From Candidatus Omnitrophota bacterium (GTDB lineage Bacteria; Omnitrophota; Gorgyraeia; Gygaellales; Profunditerraquicolaceae): a stretch of DNA of 64,000 bases. Shown piece after piece: positions 18,985 to 28,201 of this stretch. Position 1 is the stretch's first letter, and each line of letters opens with the position of its first letter. Both the position numbers and the translations under genes were made by a program. The stretch spans positions 104,793 to 168,792 of the forward strand of contig JAQUQW010000001.1 of assembly GCA_028716245.1 (NCBI GenBank). The letters are read 5' to 3'. The notes under the pieces are model-generated. The model was not told the DNA's origin and did not search any database. It saw only the letters and a list, made by a program, of their open reading frames with translations.

Positions 18985-20058
18985 ATGTCCATGAAATTCT
19001 TAATTATAAATCCATTCGGTATCGGGGATGTTTTATTTACTACGCCGGTAATTAAGGCGATTAAGGGGCGTTATCCAGATAGTTTTATCGGGTACTGGTC
19101 GAATCTGCGGGTTAAGCCGATTCTTTCCAGTAACCTTCAAATCAACAAGGTTTTTGCCCTTTCGCGCGGAGACCTTAAAAAACTCTATCAGGAGTCATTT
19201 TTTAAGGGCTTATGGAGCGCGCTTAAACTTATCTGGCAGATAAAAAAAGAAAATTTTGACATTTGTCTTGATTTTTCCCTTGACCACCGCTATAGTTTAT
19301 TCGCGAAAATAATCGGGATTAGGCAGCGGATTGGGTTCAATTATAAGGGCAGGGGAAGATTTCTTACCCAACGCGTTGATCTGGCAGGTTATCAGGATAA
19401 GCATGTAGTTGAATATTATTTAGAGCTTTTGAAATTTTTAAATATCCCCGCTCAAGATAAGAGTTTGTTCTTGTCTGTTTTTCCGGAGAGTGAATTAAAG
19501 GCAAAAAATATACTTGCTTTAGCCGGCATTGAAGAAAATGATTTGGTAATCGGTATTGTTCCCGGTGCCGGCGGCAGTTGGGGCAAGGATGCTTCCTATA
19601 AACATTGGCCGGCATTGAAATTTGCCCAGCTGGCTGAGCGGCTTGCCGTTGAGCTCAAAGCAAAGATACTGATCTTAGGCGATGAGTCGGAGGCCAAAAT
19701 TTCAGATGTAATCGTGCATGTTATGCGCAATAAGCCGATAGACTTGGTGGGTAAAACCGGCTTAGATATCTTGCCGGCGGTAATTAAGAATTGTAATTTA
19801 CTGATTACCAACGATGGCGGGCCCATGCATATGGCGGTGGCCTTGGGAGTGAGGACGGTTTCTATATTCGGCCCGGTGAGTGAATTAGTATATGGGCCGT
19901 TTCCGTTTAGTAATAAACATATAGTTTTAAAATGGGATATCTCCTGCCGGCCTTGTTATAATAATTTCAGGCTGCCGGGTTGTGATAAAGATAGGGAGTG
20001 TTTAAGGTCAATAAGCGTGGACGCGGTTTTTGAAGCCAGCCAAAAACTTTTAAATTAA
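18985..20058 (+). CDS. GT9 ADP-heptose:LPS heptosyltransferase (RfaF/RfaC-like)
   Basis: LIINPFGIGDVLFTTPVIKAIK ... NDGGPMHMAVALGVRTVSIFGP. The ATG at 18991 is an alternative start. Confidence 0.65.
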   Translation: MSMKFLIINPFGIGDVLFTTPVIKAIKGRYPDSFIGYWSNLRVKPILSSNLQINKVFALSRGDLKKLYQESFFKGLWSALKLIWQIKKENFDICLDFSLDHRYSLFAKIIGIRQRIGFNYKGRGRFLTQRVDLAGYQDKHVVEYYLELLKFLNIPAQDKSLFLSVFPESELKAKNILALAGIEENDLVIGIVPGAGGSWGKDASYKHWPALKFAQLAERLAVELKAKILILGDESEAKISDVIVHVMRNKPIDLVGKTGLDILPAVIKNCNLLITNDGGPMHMAVALGVRTVSIFGPVSELVYGPFPFSNKHIVLKWDISCRPCYNNFRLPGCDKDRECLRSISVDAVFEASQKLLN

Positions 20059-20120
20059 ATAGGGACAGCGACCATTTTTCTTGGTCGCATCGAAGAAAAA
20101 AATGGTCGCTGTCCCTATTT
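20057..20120. repeat. Family-1 palindromic repeat, copy A (TAGGGACAGCGACC arm, loop, GGTCGCTGTCCCTA arm)
   Basis: Perfect arms of about 22 bp with a 14-16 nt loop, immediately 3' of the GT9 stop. Confidence 0.8.
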
Positions 20121-20134
20121 AAGAAAGGGATTAT

Positions 20135-21274
20135 ATGAAAATACCGGCACTAGACTTAAAAAAACAAATTGCCCCGATCCGCCAGGAGATCGATGCGGCA
20201 ATCAAAGAGGTAATTGATGATACCAGTTTTATCTTGGGGGAAGCAGTGGCCAGATTTGAACAGCATGTTGTGGAGTATTCAAAAGCAAAATACGCGATTG
20301 GTGTTTCAAACGGCACGGATGCCATTTCGCTCTCTTTGCTTGCTTTGGGAATTAAACCCGGGGACGGGGTAATCTGCCCAAGTTTTACCTATTATGCTAC
20401 CGCAGGCGCGGTGGCAAGTATCGGGGCGCGTCCGGTTTTTGCGGATATAGATTACGATACCTATAATATTTCGCTCAAGAGTGTTGAGAAAATATTATCC
20501 AAGAAGAATAAATTAAAAGTTAAGGCGATTATCCCGGTGCACCTTTACGGACAGTGCGCGGATATGGATGGAATTTTGAAATTAGCGCGTAAGTGTAAAT
20601 TAAAAGTTATTGAAGATACTGCGCAGGCCTTCGGCGCAGAGCACAGGGGGCAAAAAGCAGGGACGCTTGGTGATTGCGGCACGGTGAGTTTTTATCCGGG
20701 GAAAAATATCGGCGCATTTGGCGATGCCGGATTAATTTTGACGAATAATAAAGGGGTGGCAGAAAAATTAAAGATTTTGCGGAATCAGGGGAATAAAAAT
20801 AAATATTATCATCTGGTTTTGGGCCGGAATAACCGCATGGATACAATTCAAGCGGTGGTGCTGGATGTTAAGTTAAAGCATCTGGATGGATGGAATAGAA
20901 AGAGGCAGGAGGTTGCCCAATATTATAATAGGAATTTGGCAGGCCTTAATCTTAATTTGCCGTTTCTGCCTGAATATACCACGCATATTTATCATCAATA
21001 TGTCCTGAGGGCTCCGGCTTCAAATAAAAAATTTATTGACTATTTGCAGGCAAAAGGAATTGACTCGCGCGTATTTTATCCTGTTCCGCTGCATTTACAG
21101 AAGTGCTTTAAATATTTAAGGTATAAGGCAGGAGATTTCCCGGAAGCGGAAAAGGCGGCAAAGCAGACATTTACTTTACCGATTTATCCTGAATTGACAC
21201 AGAAAGAAAAAGATTATATTGTTGCCCAAGTCGAAACTGTTTCCTCTTTGAGTCCGAAACAGTTTCGGAGCTAA
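20135..21274 (+). CDS. DegT/DnrJ/EryC1/StrS-family PLP-dependent sugar aminotransferase
   Basis: AAGAAAGGGA RBS. Motifs ...GTDAI..., SFYPGKNIGAFGDAG and YHLVLGRNNRMD. Confidence 0.7.
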   Translation: MKIPALDLKKQIAPIRQEIDAAIKEVIDDTSFILGEAVARFEQHVVEYSKAKYAIGVSNGTDAISLSLLALGIKPGDGVICPSFTYYATAGAVASIGARPVFADIDYDTYNISLKSVEKILSKKNKLKVKAIIPVHLYGQCADMDGILKLARKCKLKVIEDTAQAFGAEHRGQKAGTLGDCGTVSFYPGKNIGAFGDAGLILTNNKGVAEKLKILRNQGNKNKYYHLVLGRNNRMDTIQAVVLDVKLKHLDGWNRKRQEVAQYYNRNLAGLNLNLPFLPEYTTHIYHQYVLRAPASNKKFIDYLQAKGIDSRVFYPVPLHLQKCFKYLRYKAGDFPEAEKAAKQTFTLPIYPELTQKEKDYIVAQVETVSSLSPKQFRS

Positions 21275-21287
21275 TCGGGAAATAGGG
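21254..21287. repeat. Family-2 repeat, copy a (CCGAAACAGTTTCGG...AATCGGGAAATAGGG)
   Basis: Overlaps the aminotransferase stop codon. Related copies lie at 29213 and 31594-31666. Confidence 0.6.
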
Positions 21288-21306
21288 TAAAAATAAGGAG
21301 TTATTG

Positions 21307-22062
21307 ATGGCTAAATTGTCGGTTGTGGTTTTGACGAAGAATGAGGAAAGTTGTATCGCCGCTTGCCTTGAGTCAGTGAAATGGGCGGATGAGATTATCG
21401 TGGTCGATGATGAGAGCGCGGATAAGACCATTGAAATTGTTAAGAAATATAATTGCAAAGTTTTCTTTAGAAAAATGGATATAGAAGGTAAGCACAGGAA
21501 TTGGGCTTACGCGCAGGCGGCCAATACCTGGGTTTTGAGTTTAGATGCCGATGAAACAGTCACGCCGGAATTAAAAGTGGAAATTGAACAAGCGATCCAG
21601 TCCTCGGATTTTGCCGCCTATGATATTCCCCTGCGTAATTTTATCGGCAATTACTGTGTAAAATACGGCGGCTGGTATCCGGCTTCAAAGGTGCGCTTAT
21701 TTCAAAAAGATAAATTTAAATATGAAGAGTCTGAAGTGCATCCGCGGGTTTTTATCGACGGCCCATGCGGGCATTTAAGATCCGATATTATCCACCGGGG
21801 ATACCCGGACCTGGAGCATTTTTTAAATAGCGTCAACCGGCAGTCGACTCTTGAGGCGGTAAAGTGGATTAAGACCGGGCGCAAGATGACCCTGCTCTGG
21901 GCTACCTGGAGAGCCGTAGACAGGTTTTTTAGGAGATATATCCGTAAGAAATCATATAAGGATGGCATGTACGGGTTTATTATCGCTTATTTTGACAGTT
22001 TGTATCAAATATTAAGTTATGTGAAATTTAGGGAGATGCAAAAGAAGGCAGGCGGCAGATAA
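21307..22062 (+). CDS. GT2-family glycosyltransferase
   Basis: AAGGAG RBS. LSVVVLTKNEE ... VVDDESAD ... LDADE motifs. Confidence 0.6.
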   Translation: MAKLSVVVLTKNEESCIAACLESVKWADEIIVVDDESADKTIEIVKKYNCKVFFRKMDIEGKHRNWAYAQAANTWVLSLDADETVTPELKVEIEQAIQSSDFAAYDIPLRNFIGNYCVKYGGWYPASKVRLFQKDKFKYEESEVHPRVFIDGPCGHLRSDIIHRGYPDLEHFLNSVNRQSTLEAVKWIKTGRKMTLLWATWRAVDRFFRRYIRKKSYKDGMYGFIIAYFDSLYQILSYVKFREMQKKAGGR

Positions 22063-22082
22063 AAAATTAAGTAAAATTTTTC

Positions 22083-22111
22083 TTGCAATACTTGTATAAC
22101 AATGTTATACT
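22083..22111 (+). promoter_or_regulatory. Promoter TTGCAA-17-TATACT with an overlapping 7-3-7 palindromic operator (GTATAAC aat GTTATAC)
   Basis: Palindrome at 22094-22110 overlaps the -10 element, upstream of the RHH antitoxin gene. Confidence 0.45.
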
Positions 22112-22136
22112 TATATTGTGAGAGGAGGGTAAGACG

Positions 22137-22355
22137 ATGACTTTATTAAAAGCATTTCGTTTACCGGCTGGATTGGTTAATCGGTTAGCCTCATTGGCAA
22201 AAACCACGCATCGCAGCGAGACTTTTTATGTTACCAATGCTTTAGTCCACTATTTAGAAGACTATGCCGACGCGCAAATTGCCAAAGACCGCTTTAATGA
22301 TCCTAAATCTAAGATTATTTCTGGTAGAGAGCTAAGGAAGCAGATCGGTGTATAA
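22137..22355 (+). CDS. Type II antitoxin, ribbon-helix-helix (RelB/DinJ-like)
   Basis: 72-aa ORF with GAGGAGGG RBS. Overlaps the downstream RelE-like gene by 8 nt. Confidence 0.5.
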   Translation: MTLLKAFRLPAGLVNRLASLAKTTHRSETFYVTNALVHYLEDYADAQIAKDRFNDPKSKIISGRELRKQIGV

Positions 22356-22608
22356 GGTTGCCTATCTTGATTCGGTTGAGGATGACCTTAAGAAGCTCGA
22401 TAAATCTACAGTTAGGAAGATTCTTAATCGTATCGAAACCTATCTTGCTTGCAACCCCAAAGAATTAGGGAAACCCTTAAAAGGCGAGTTTGGCGGTTAT
22501 TGGCGATACCGGTGGGGCGATTACCGCGTTATCTATAAAATAGCGGAACGCGAGATTTTGATTCTTGTCTTGCGTATTAGCAACAGAAAAGATATATATA
22601 GAATATGA
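22348..22608 (+). CDS. RelE/ParE-family toxin
   Basis: 86 aa. C-terminus GDYRVIYKI...ILILVLRISNRKDIYR fits the RelE/ParE fold signature. Confidence 0.55.
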   Translation: MYKVAYLDSVEDDLKKLDKSTVRKILNRIETYLACNPKELGKPLKGEFGGYWRYRWGDYRVIYKIAEREILILVLRISNRKDIYRI

Positions 22609-23216
22609 AAGTAGTATTTTTGGATAGGGATGGAGTAATAAATAAATATCCGGGAGATAAACTTTATGTTACTTCGTTGCGTAAATTCAAGTTTCTGCCC
22701 CGCGCAAAGAAAGCAATTGCTTTGTTGAGTAAGAATGGATTTAAAATATTTGTAGCATCTAATCAGGCTGGGGTGGGCAAGGGTACGTATAGCCAGAAAA
22801 CTTTAGACCTGGTAACTGCTAAAATGCTTGTTGATATCGAGAAAGCAGGAGGCAGGATTGATAAGGTTTATTATTGCCCGCACCGTAAAGAAATGGATTG
22901 TTCATGTCGCAAGCCAAAGCCGGGGTTGCTCAGGCAGGCGGCACAAAAATTTAAATTCAATTTAAAAAACACCTATTTTATCGGCGATACAACGCGGGAT
23001 ATTTTTACTGCCCGGGCGGCCGGATGCAAATCCATTCTTGTATTGACCGGTAAAGAAAAACTGGCAAACCAAAAAAACTGGGAAGCAAAACCGGATTTTG
23101 TATTCAAGGATCTCCTGGCAGCAGCTAAATTCTTAGCTAGAATTCAGGGACGTCCTAAAAGGGGACACCCTGCTACTAAGGGTGTCCCCTCAGAGGACGT
23201 CCCCACAAAACAATGA
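22605..23216 (+). CDS. gmhB: D,D-heptose 1,7-bisphosphate phosphatase (HAD-IIIA, GmhB-like)
   Basis: VVFLDRDGVIN HAD motif I. The C-terminal tail is encoded by a nested GGGAC/GTCCC palindrome at 23147-23204. Confidence 0.65.
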   Translation: MKVVFLDRDGVINKYPGDKLYVTSLRKFKFLPRAKKAIALLSKNGFKIFVASNQAGVGKGTYSQKTLDLVTAKMLVDIEKAGGRIDKVYYCPHRKEMDCSCRKPKPGLLRQAAQKFKFNLKNTYFIGDTTRDIFTARAAGCKSILVLTGKEKLANQKNWEAKPDFVFKDLLAAAKFLARIQGRPKRGHPATKGVPSEDVPTKQ

Positions 23217-24304
23217 AAGTATTAATTACTTATGTTTCAGCCGGCGCCGGCCACCGCAGGGTAGCTGAGGCGGTATATAATTATCTAAAAAATAATCGCC
23301 GGGATTTAAGCCTGGAATTGGCCGATCTTTTGCCTTCTGCTAATCCTTTTTTTCGTTTTTGCTACCTTGCCGGCTATCCTTTTTTAGTGCATTATGCCAG
23401 CTGGCTTTGGGGGTTTTTCTTCTGGATGACTAAAATCCGGCTGACCCGCTGGATTTGCCGCAAATCCTCTTTAATCGTAAATTACTTTAGCTGCCGTAAG
23501 TTCGCCGATTATCTGATCAAGGAAAAGTTCGATCTTATTATTTCCACGCATTTTCTCAATTCAGAATTAGCGGCAAATTTAAAATTAAAAAACAAAATTA
23601 AGGCAAAAATAATTACAATAATTACAGATTTCGGAGTGCATCCGTTTTGGATTTCAAACGGCACGGATCTTTATGTTGCCGCTTCCAAAGCTACCAAGGA
23701 TAAATTGTTAACCATGGGGATAGAAGAATCAAAAATTAAAGATTCCGGTATTCCGTTTGCCCCTAATTTTACCAGGAATCAAAATAGGGTTGGCCTGGCA
23801 TCTAAATTGGGTATTAAGGCGGATATGTTTACCGTATTGATCATGACCGGGTCATTCGGGTCCGGGCCGCTTGAGGAAATTGCCGAGAGCCTTTGTTCTC
23901 AAGCGCAGGTGCTGGTGGTTTGCGCAAAAAATAAAAAACTTTTTTGCCGCCTGCAAAAACGAAATCTAGGGAATGTGAAAGTTTTTGGATTTGTAAATAA
24001 CGCGCAAGAGCTTATGGCGGTTTCCGATATTATAATTACCAAGCCCGGAGGCTCAAGCATCGCGGAATTCCTGAATATGGAGTTATTTCCTATTTTTATA
24101 TCGGCAATACCGGGACAGGAGCAGGAGAATATCCGGATTTTGGCTGGTTATGGGGTAGGATACGCCTTAAAGGATGTTCGGCGGATTAAAGAGTTGATTG
24201 TTGAGCTCAAGAATAATCCGCGCAAACTCCAAGCTTTAAAAAAGAATGCCGGCCAGGCTGCCAAGCCGCTTGCCTGTCAGGAGATAGCTAGTGTTATATG
24301 CTAA
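23213..24304 (+). CDS. GT28-family glycosyltransferase (MGDG synthase/UgtP/MurG-like)
   Basis: N-terminus KVLITYVSAGAGHRRVAEAV is characteristic. Confidence 0.5.
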   Translation: MKVLITYVSAGAGHRRVAEAVYNYLKNNRRDLSLELADLLPSANPFFRFCYLAGYPFLVHYASWLWGFFFWMTKIRLTRWICRKSSLIVNYFSCRKFADYLIKEKFDLIISTHFLNSELAANLKLKNKIKAKIITIITDFGVHPFWISNGTDLYVAASKATKDKLLTMGIEESKIKDSGIPFAPNFTRNQNRVGLASKLGIKADMFTVLIMTGSFGSGPLEEIAESLCSQAQVLVVCAKNKKLFCRLQKRNLGNVKVFGFVNNAQELMAVSDIIITKPGGSSIAEFLNMELFPIFISAIPGQEQENIRILAGYGVGYALKDVRRIKELIVELKNNPRKLQALKKNAGQAAKPLACQEIASVIC

Positions 24305-26132
24305 GGTTGTATTAGGCCTGCCTATTGATGGTCCGTTTGACTACCTCATCCCGGCTGATTTGGAAAATAAGATTTCTGTCGGAGCAAGGGCCTGGGTAAA
24401 TTTCCGCAACAAAAAAGAAGTAGCCTACGTCGTCGGTTTAAGCAATAAAACTAAAATTAAGAAAATAAAAGAAATTTCGGCGCTCATCGGCCAGTCGCCT
24501 ATTTTAGATGAAAAGATGCTTTTATTGACCAGGAGGCTGGCGGAATATTATTGTTGTTCTTGGGGGGAGGCAATTGAAACCGCGCTTCCGGATGAGATCA
24601 GGAAAGGCAAAATAAATGGGACCGTTTCTATTTTTCCCCAGTCCAGTTCTAGAAAAATAGAAACGGTCCCTAGTTTTGTTCAGGGCCAGGATAGGATGCC
24701 GGTTTATTTAAGGGAGATTAAAGAGGTTCAGGCGCAGAAGCGTTCAGCGATTGTTTTGTTCAGTGATATTTCGGAGGCAGAAAGAGCCAAGAAGTTAATT
24801 GAAAAAGATTTAGGTATAGAGGTTTTTTTGACATTCCGCAAGCAGCCAAAAGAGCTGGAGGTATGGGAAAAAATCAGGCAGGCCCAGTATTGCGTTGTTA
24901 TCGGAACGCGTTCGACTATTTTTTCCCCGGTGAATGATCTGGGGCTGATTATCGTCGACCAGGAGGATGACCGGGTTTATAAGCAGGAGCAGGCGCCGCA
25001 TTACCATGCCCGGGAGGTTGCTTTGATGCGCGCCCAAATCCAAGGAGCAAAGGTTATCCTGGCTAGCCACAGCCTATCTTTAGAAAGTTTTTATCTGGCG
25101 CAAAAAGAAAATCTTAAGCGTGAAATTATTCCTTCTAAGAAAGCGTATCCGCAGGTTAAGATTATCGATGTGCGCAGGCTTGCCTATGCGCAAAGAAAAA
25201 GCAAATCTTTATTTTCAAAGTTTTTGGCCGATGCCATATATGCCCAACTGGGTGAAAAAGGAAAAATCCTTCTGGTTATCAACCGCACGGGTTTTGCCAC
25301 CGCAGCCGCCTGCCACAATTGCGGGGCAGCGTTGAAATGCCCGCGCTGCAATATTAATTTAGTCTTTCATTTTGAAGAGGATAAATTAAGGTGCCACCAT
25401 TGTAATTTTAAGATGGAGGCCCCTAAGATCTGCCCCAGCTGCAATACCGGTTATATTAAGTATTCCGGGATAGGCACGGAGAAAGTTGAAAGCGAGCTGG
25501 CCCGGATTTTTCCCCAGGCGCGGATTAAAATAATTGGAGAGGCTAAGGAAGGTATTAATTTACTAGATGCGGATATTTTTGTGGCGACAGGTTCGGTAGT
25601 AAAACAGCAGGGGACTTTAAATTTTGATTTAATCGGAGTCTTGGCAATAGATAATTCGCTTAACCGGGTGGATTTTCGGGCGGCGGAGAAGACATTCTCT
25701 TTGCTTGCCGGGCTGGTTAGCTTGACCTCTAAAACAATGATTATTCAAAGCGCTAACGCCAACCACCATTGTTTTCAGGCGCTGGTTAAAAATGACCCGC
25801 AGTTATTTTACAGGGAGGAACTCAAACAGCGTAAACAGCTTGAGCTGGCTCCGTTTAAACACATGATTTTACTTAAGGCAAGAGGATCCGGTCTTGAAAA
25901 GGTTAAGCAGGCAGCTGCGGATTTGTTCGAAAAATTAAACGGCTTAAAAAGCAATAGTATAAAAATACTATCCCTTAATCCCGGACAGCCGCCTAAATTA
26001 CGGGGTAATTTTTATTACCAGATATTGATGCGCGCATCCAGCGCGGAAAAAGCCAGCCATTTTTTAAAATTACACTTAAAAGAATGGCATTATTCAGGTA
26101 TAATAGTTTCGGTAGACCTAGATCCTGTTTGA
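24291..26132 (+). CDS. priA: Primosomal protein N' (PriA) homolog with a degenerate helicase core
   Basis: N-terminal 3'-DNA-binding-domain-like segment, IIVDQEDDRVYKQEQAPHYHAREVA (compare PriA [13 protein letters not shown]...YHARD) and a 4xCxxC zinc region (CHNCG...CPRCN...CHHCN...CPSCN). No GxGKT Walker A is visible. Confidence 0.6.
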   Translation: MLYAKVVLGLPIDGPFDYLIPADLENKISVGARAWVNFRNKKEVAYVVGLSNKTKIKKIKEISALIGQSPILDEKMLLLTRRLAEYYCCSWGEAIETALPDEIRKGKINGTVSIFPQSSSRKIETVPSFVQGQDRMPVYLREIKEVQAQKRSAIVLFSDISEAERAKKLIEKDLGIEVFLTFRKQPKELEVWEKIRQAQYCVVIGTRSTIFSPVNDLGLIIVDQEDDRVYKQEQAPHYHAREVALMRAQIQGAKVILASHSLSLESFYLAQKENLKREIIPSKKAYPQVKIIDVRRLAYAQRKSKSLFSKFLADAIYAQLGEKGKILLVINRTGFATAAACHNCGAALKCPRCNINLVFHFEEDKLRCHHCNFKMEAPKICPSCNTGYIKYSGIGTEKVESELARIFPQARIKIIGEAKEGINLLDADIFVATGSVVKQQGTLNFDLIGVLAIDNSLNRVDFRAAEKTFSLLAGLVSLTSKTMIIQSANANHHCFQALVKNDPQLFYREELKQRKQLELAPFKHMILLKARGSGLEKVKQAAADLFEKLNGLKSNSIKILSLNPGQPPKLRGNFYYQILMRASSAEKASHFLKLHLKEWHYSGIIVSVDLDPV

Positions 26133-26133
26133 G

Positions 26134-27072
26134 ATGAAAATAATATTTTTCGGAAGTTCACATTTCGCGGTTCTTTCATTGCAAGCTTTGATCGAAAGCA
26201 AGCATGAGGTTGCCTGCGTAGTTACCCAGCCGGATAAGCAAAAAGGAAGGCACCTGCATTTTACCGGCACAGACCTAAAGGATACCGCGCTCCAGGCAAA
26301 GCTTAAAATCTTCCAGCCGGAAGATATTAATAGCAAAGAAAGCCTAAAGTTCTTAAAAAACCTTGAGGCGGATCTTTTTGTAATTATTGCCTACGGCCAG
26401 ATATTGTCCCAGGAGGTTTTGGATATTCCCAAAATTATGCCGATTAATATCCACGCTTCGCTCCTGCCGCGTTACCGGGGAGCGGCGCCGATTAACTGGG
26501 CGATAATCAACGGAGAAAAAAAGAGCGGGATTACGATAATCTATGTAACCCCGAAGCTGGATTCCGGGCCGGTTATTCTGCAGGAAGAGGTAAAAATCGA
26601 GGATAAAGATACAGCGGTAAGTTTAGAGGAGAAACTAAGCCTTGCGGGGGCGAAACTTTTAGAACAGACGCTGGTTAAAATTGATAATCGGGATTATCGT
26701 TTAATCGATCAGGACGAAGCTAAGGTTATTTTTGCCCCGAAGATGAAAAAGGAGGTTGGTTTAATCGATTGGGATACTTCGGCTGCGGATATTCATAATC
26801 AGATCAGGGGCGTATTACCCTGGCCGGGAGCATTTACCAGTTTGCGCGGAAAAATGCTAAAAATATTCCAGGCGGAAATCCTTCCGATATTCCCCAATCA
26901 TCAACCATGTCCCGGTGAGGTGGTCAGGGCCGACAAGGCCGGTATCGTGGTAGCTTGCGGCCGCGGGTTTTTAAAGATCAATGAGCTGCAGTTAGAAGCG
27001 GGCAAACGGATGAGCGCGCAAAATTTTATTATCGGCCATAAACTTTCCATAGGGGATATCCTAGGTAAATAA
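26134..27072 (+). CDS. fmt: Methionyl-tRNA formyltransferase
   Basis: MKIIFFGSS...VVTQPDK and HASLLPRYRGAAPINWAIING motifs. Confidence 0.85.
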   Translation: MKIIFFGSSHFAVLSLQALIESKHEVACVVTQPDKQKGRHLHFTGTDLKDTALQAKLKIFQPEDINSKESLKFLKNLEADLFVIIAYGQILSQEVLDIPKIMPINIHASLLPRYRGAAPINWAIINGEKKSGITIIYVTPKLDSGPVILQEEVKIEDKDTAVSLEEKLSLAGAKLLEQTLVKIDNRDYRLIDQDEAKVIFAPKMKKEVGLIDWDTSAADIHNQIRGVLPWPGAFTSLRGKMLKIFQAEILPIFPNHQPCPGEVVRADKAGIVVACGRGFLKINELQLEAGKRMSAQNFIIGHKLSIGDILGK

Positions 27073-27135
27073 ATAGGGACAGCGACCGTTTTTCCTTTCT
27101 ATACGACCAAGAAAAACGGTCGCTGTCCCTATTTA
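27071..27135. repeat. Family-1 palindromic repeat, copy B
   Basis: AAATAGGGACAGCGACCGTTTTTC...GAAAAACGGTCGCTGTCCCTATTT, 3' of fmt. Confidence 0.8.
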
Positions 27136-27139
27136 TTTG

Positions 27140-27167
27140 TTGCAAGTTTTGGAACTTTTGTTATAAT
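27140..27167 (+). promoter_or_regulatory. Promoter TTGCAA-16-TATAAT positioned for a leaderless transcript of the GalT-like gene
   Basis: The -10 hexamer ends 8 nt before the ATG at 27176. No RBS is possible. Confidence 0.4.
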
Positions 27168-27175
27168 TATACTCT

Positions 27176-28201
27176 ATGCCAGAATTAAGGAAAGATCCAG
27201 TTATCGGTAGGTGGGTGATTATTGCCACTGAGCGGGCTCGCCGTCCGGACCAATTCGCCGGTAAGCTTGAAGACCAGGAGGACCAGAAGCCCTGTCCGTT
27301 TTGTGAAGGCCAGGAAACCAGGACGCCTTCTGAAATTTACGCCATTCGCCCGCATCATTCTACTCGCAACGGCCCGGGTTGGGACTTGCGGGTTGTGCCC
27401 AGCATATCCCCTTTCTTGAGGGTTGAAGGCGACCTGGAAAGGCGCGGAAACGGCCTTTATGACGTGATGAATGGCATCGGCGCCCATGAAATTGTAATCG
27501 AAAGCAGCCAGCATATCGCCAATATGGCGGATTTAAGCGAAGAGCAGATTGCTAAAGTGCTTAACTGCTATGCGGAAAGAATAGTTGATTTGGAGAAGGA
27601 TAGCCGGCTTAAATATGTCCTGGTATTTAAAAATTATGGCATCGGCAGCGGCGGCACAGAGATCAAACATTCGCGTTCGCAGTTAATTGCCACCCCGGTT
27701 AACCCCAAACGCGTAAAAGAGGAACTGGCCGGCGCCCGCCTTTATTATGAATATCATGAGCGTTGCGTGTTCTGTGATTTGATCAAACAGGAATTGGCGG
27801 AAAAAGAAAGGGTGATTGCGGATTTCGATGGATTTGTCGCGGTCAGCCCGTTTGCGGCGCGTTTTCCTTTTGAAACCTGGATTTTACCTAAACAGCATTG
27901 TTGCGATTATACTTGTATGGACGCCTCATCCAGAAAAAATCTTGCCCGGGTGCTTAAAGCTGTCCTTTTAAGGTTAAAAATAGGGTTAAATGACCCGGAT
28001 TATAATTATGTGATCCATACCGCCCCTTTCCGCCGGCAAAAAATCGGCTATTGGAAAACTATAGATCTGGATTACCATTGGCACATCGAGATTATGCCGC
28101 GTTTAACTAAGGTGGCGGGTTTTGAATGGGGCACGGGTTTTTATATTTGCCCGCTTCCTCCCGAAGAGACGGCTAAATTCTTAAGAGAGGTGCAAATTTA
28201 A
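27176..28201 (+). CDS. GalT-like (galactose-1-phosphate uridylyltransferase family) paralog 1 with HSRSQ in place of the HPH active-site motif
   Basis: CPFCEG zinc motif, GAHEIVIES, and KHSRSQ where GalT has HPHGQ. Confidence 0.6.
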   Translation: MPELRKDPVIGRWVIIATERARRPDQFAGKLEDQEDQKPCPFCEGQETRTPSEIYAIRPHHSTRNGPGWDLRVVPSISPFLRVEGDLERRGNGLYDVMNGIGAHEIVIESSQHIANMADLSEEQIAKVLNCYAERIVDLEKDSRLKYVLVFKNYGIGSGGTEIKHSRSQLIATPVNPKRVKEELAGARLYYEYHERCVFCDLIKQELAEKERVIADFDGFVAVSPFAARFPFETWILPKQHCCDYTCMDASSRKNLARVLKAVLLRLKIGLNDPDYNYVIHTAPFRRQKIGYWKTIDLDYHWHIEIMPRLTKVAGFEWGTGFYICPLPPEETAKFLREVQI

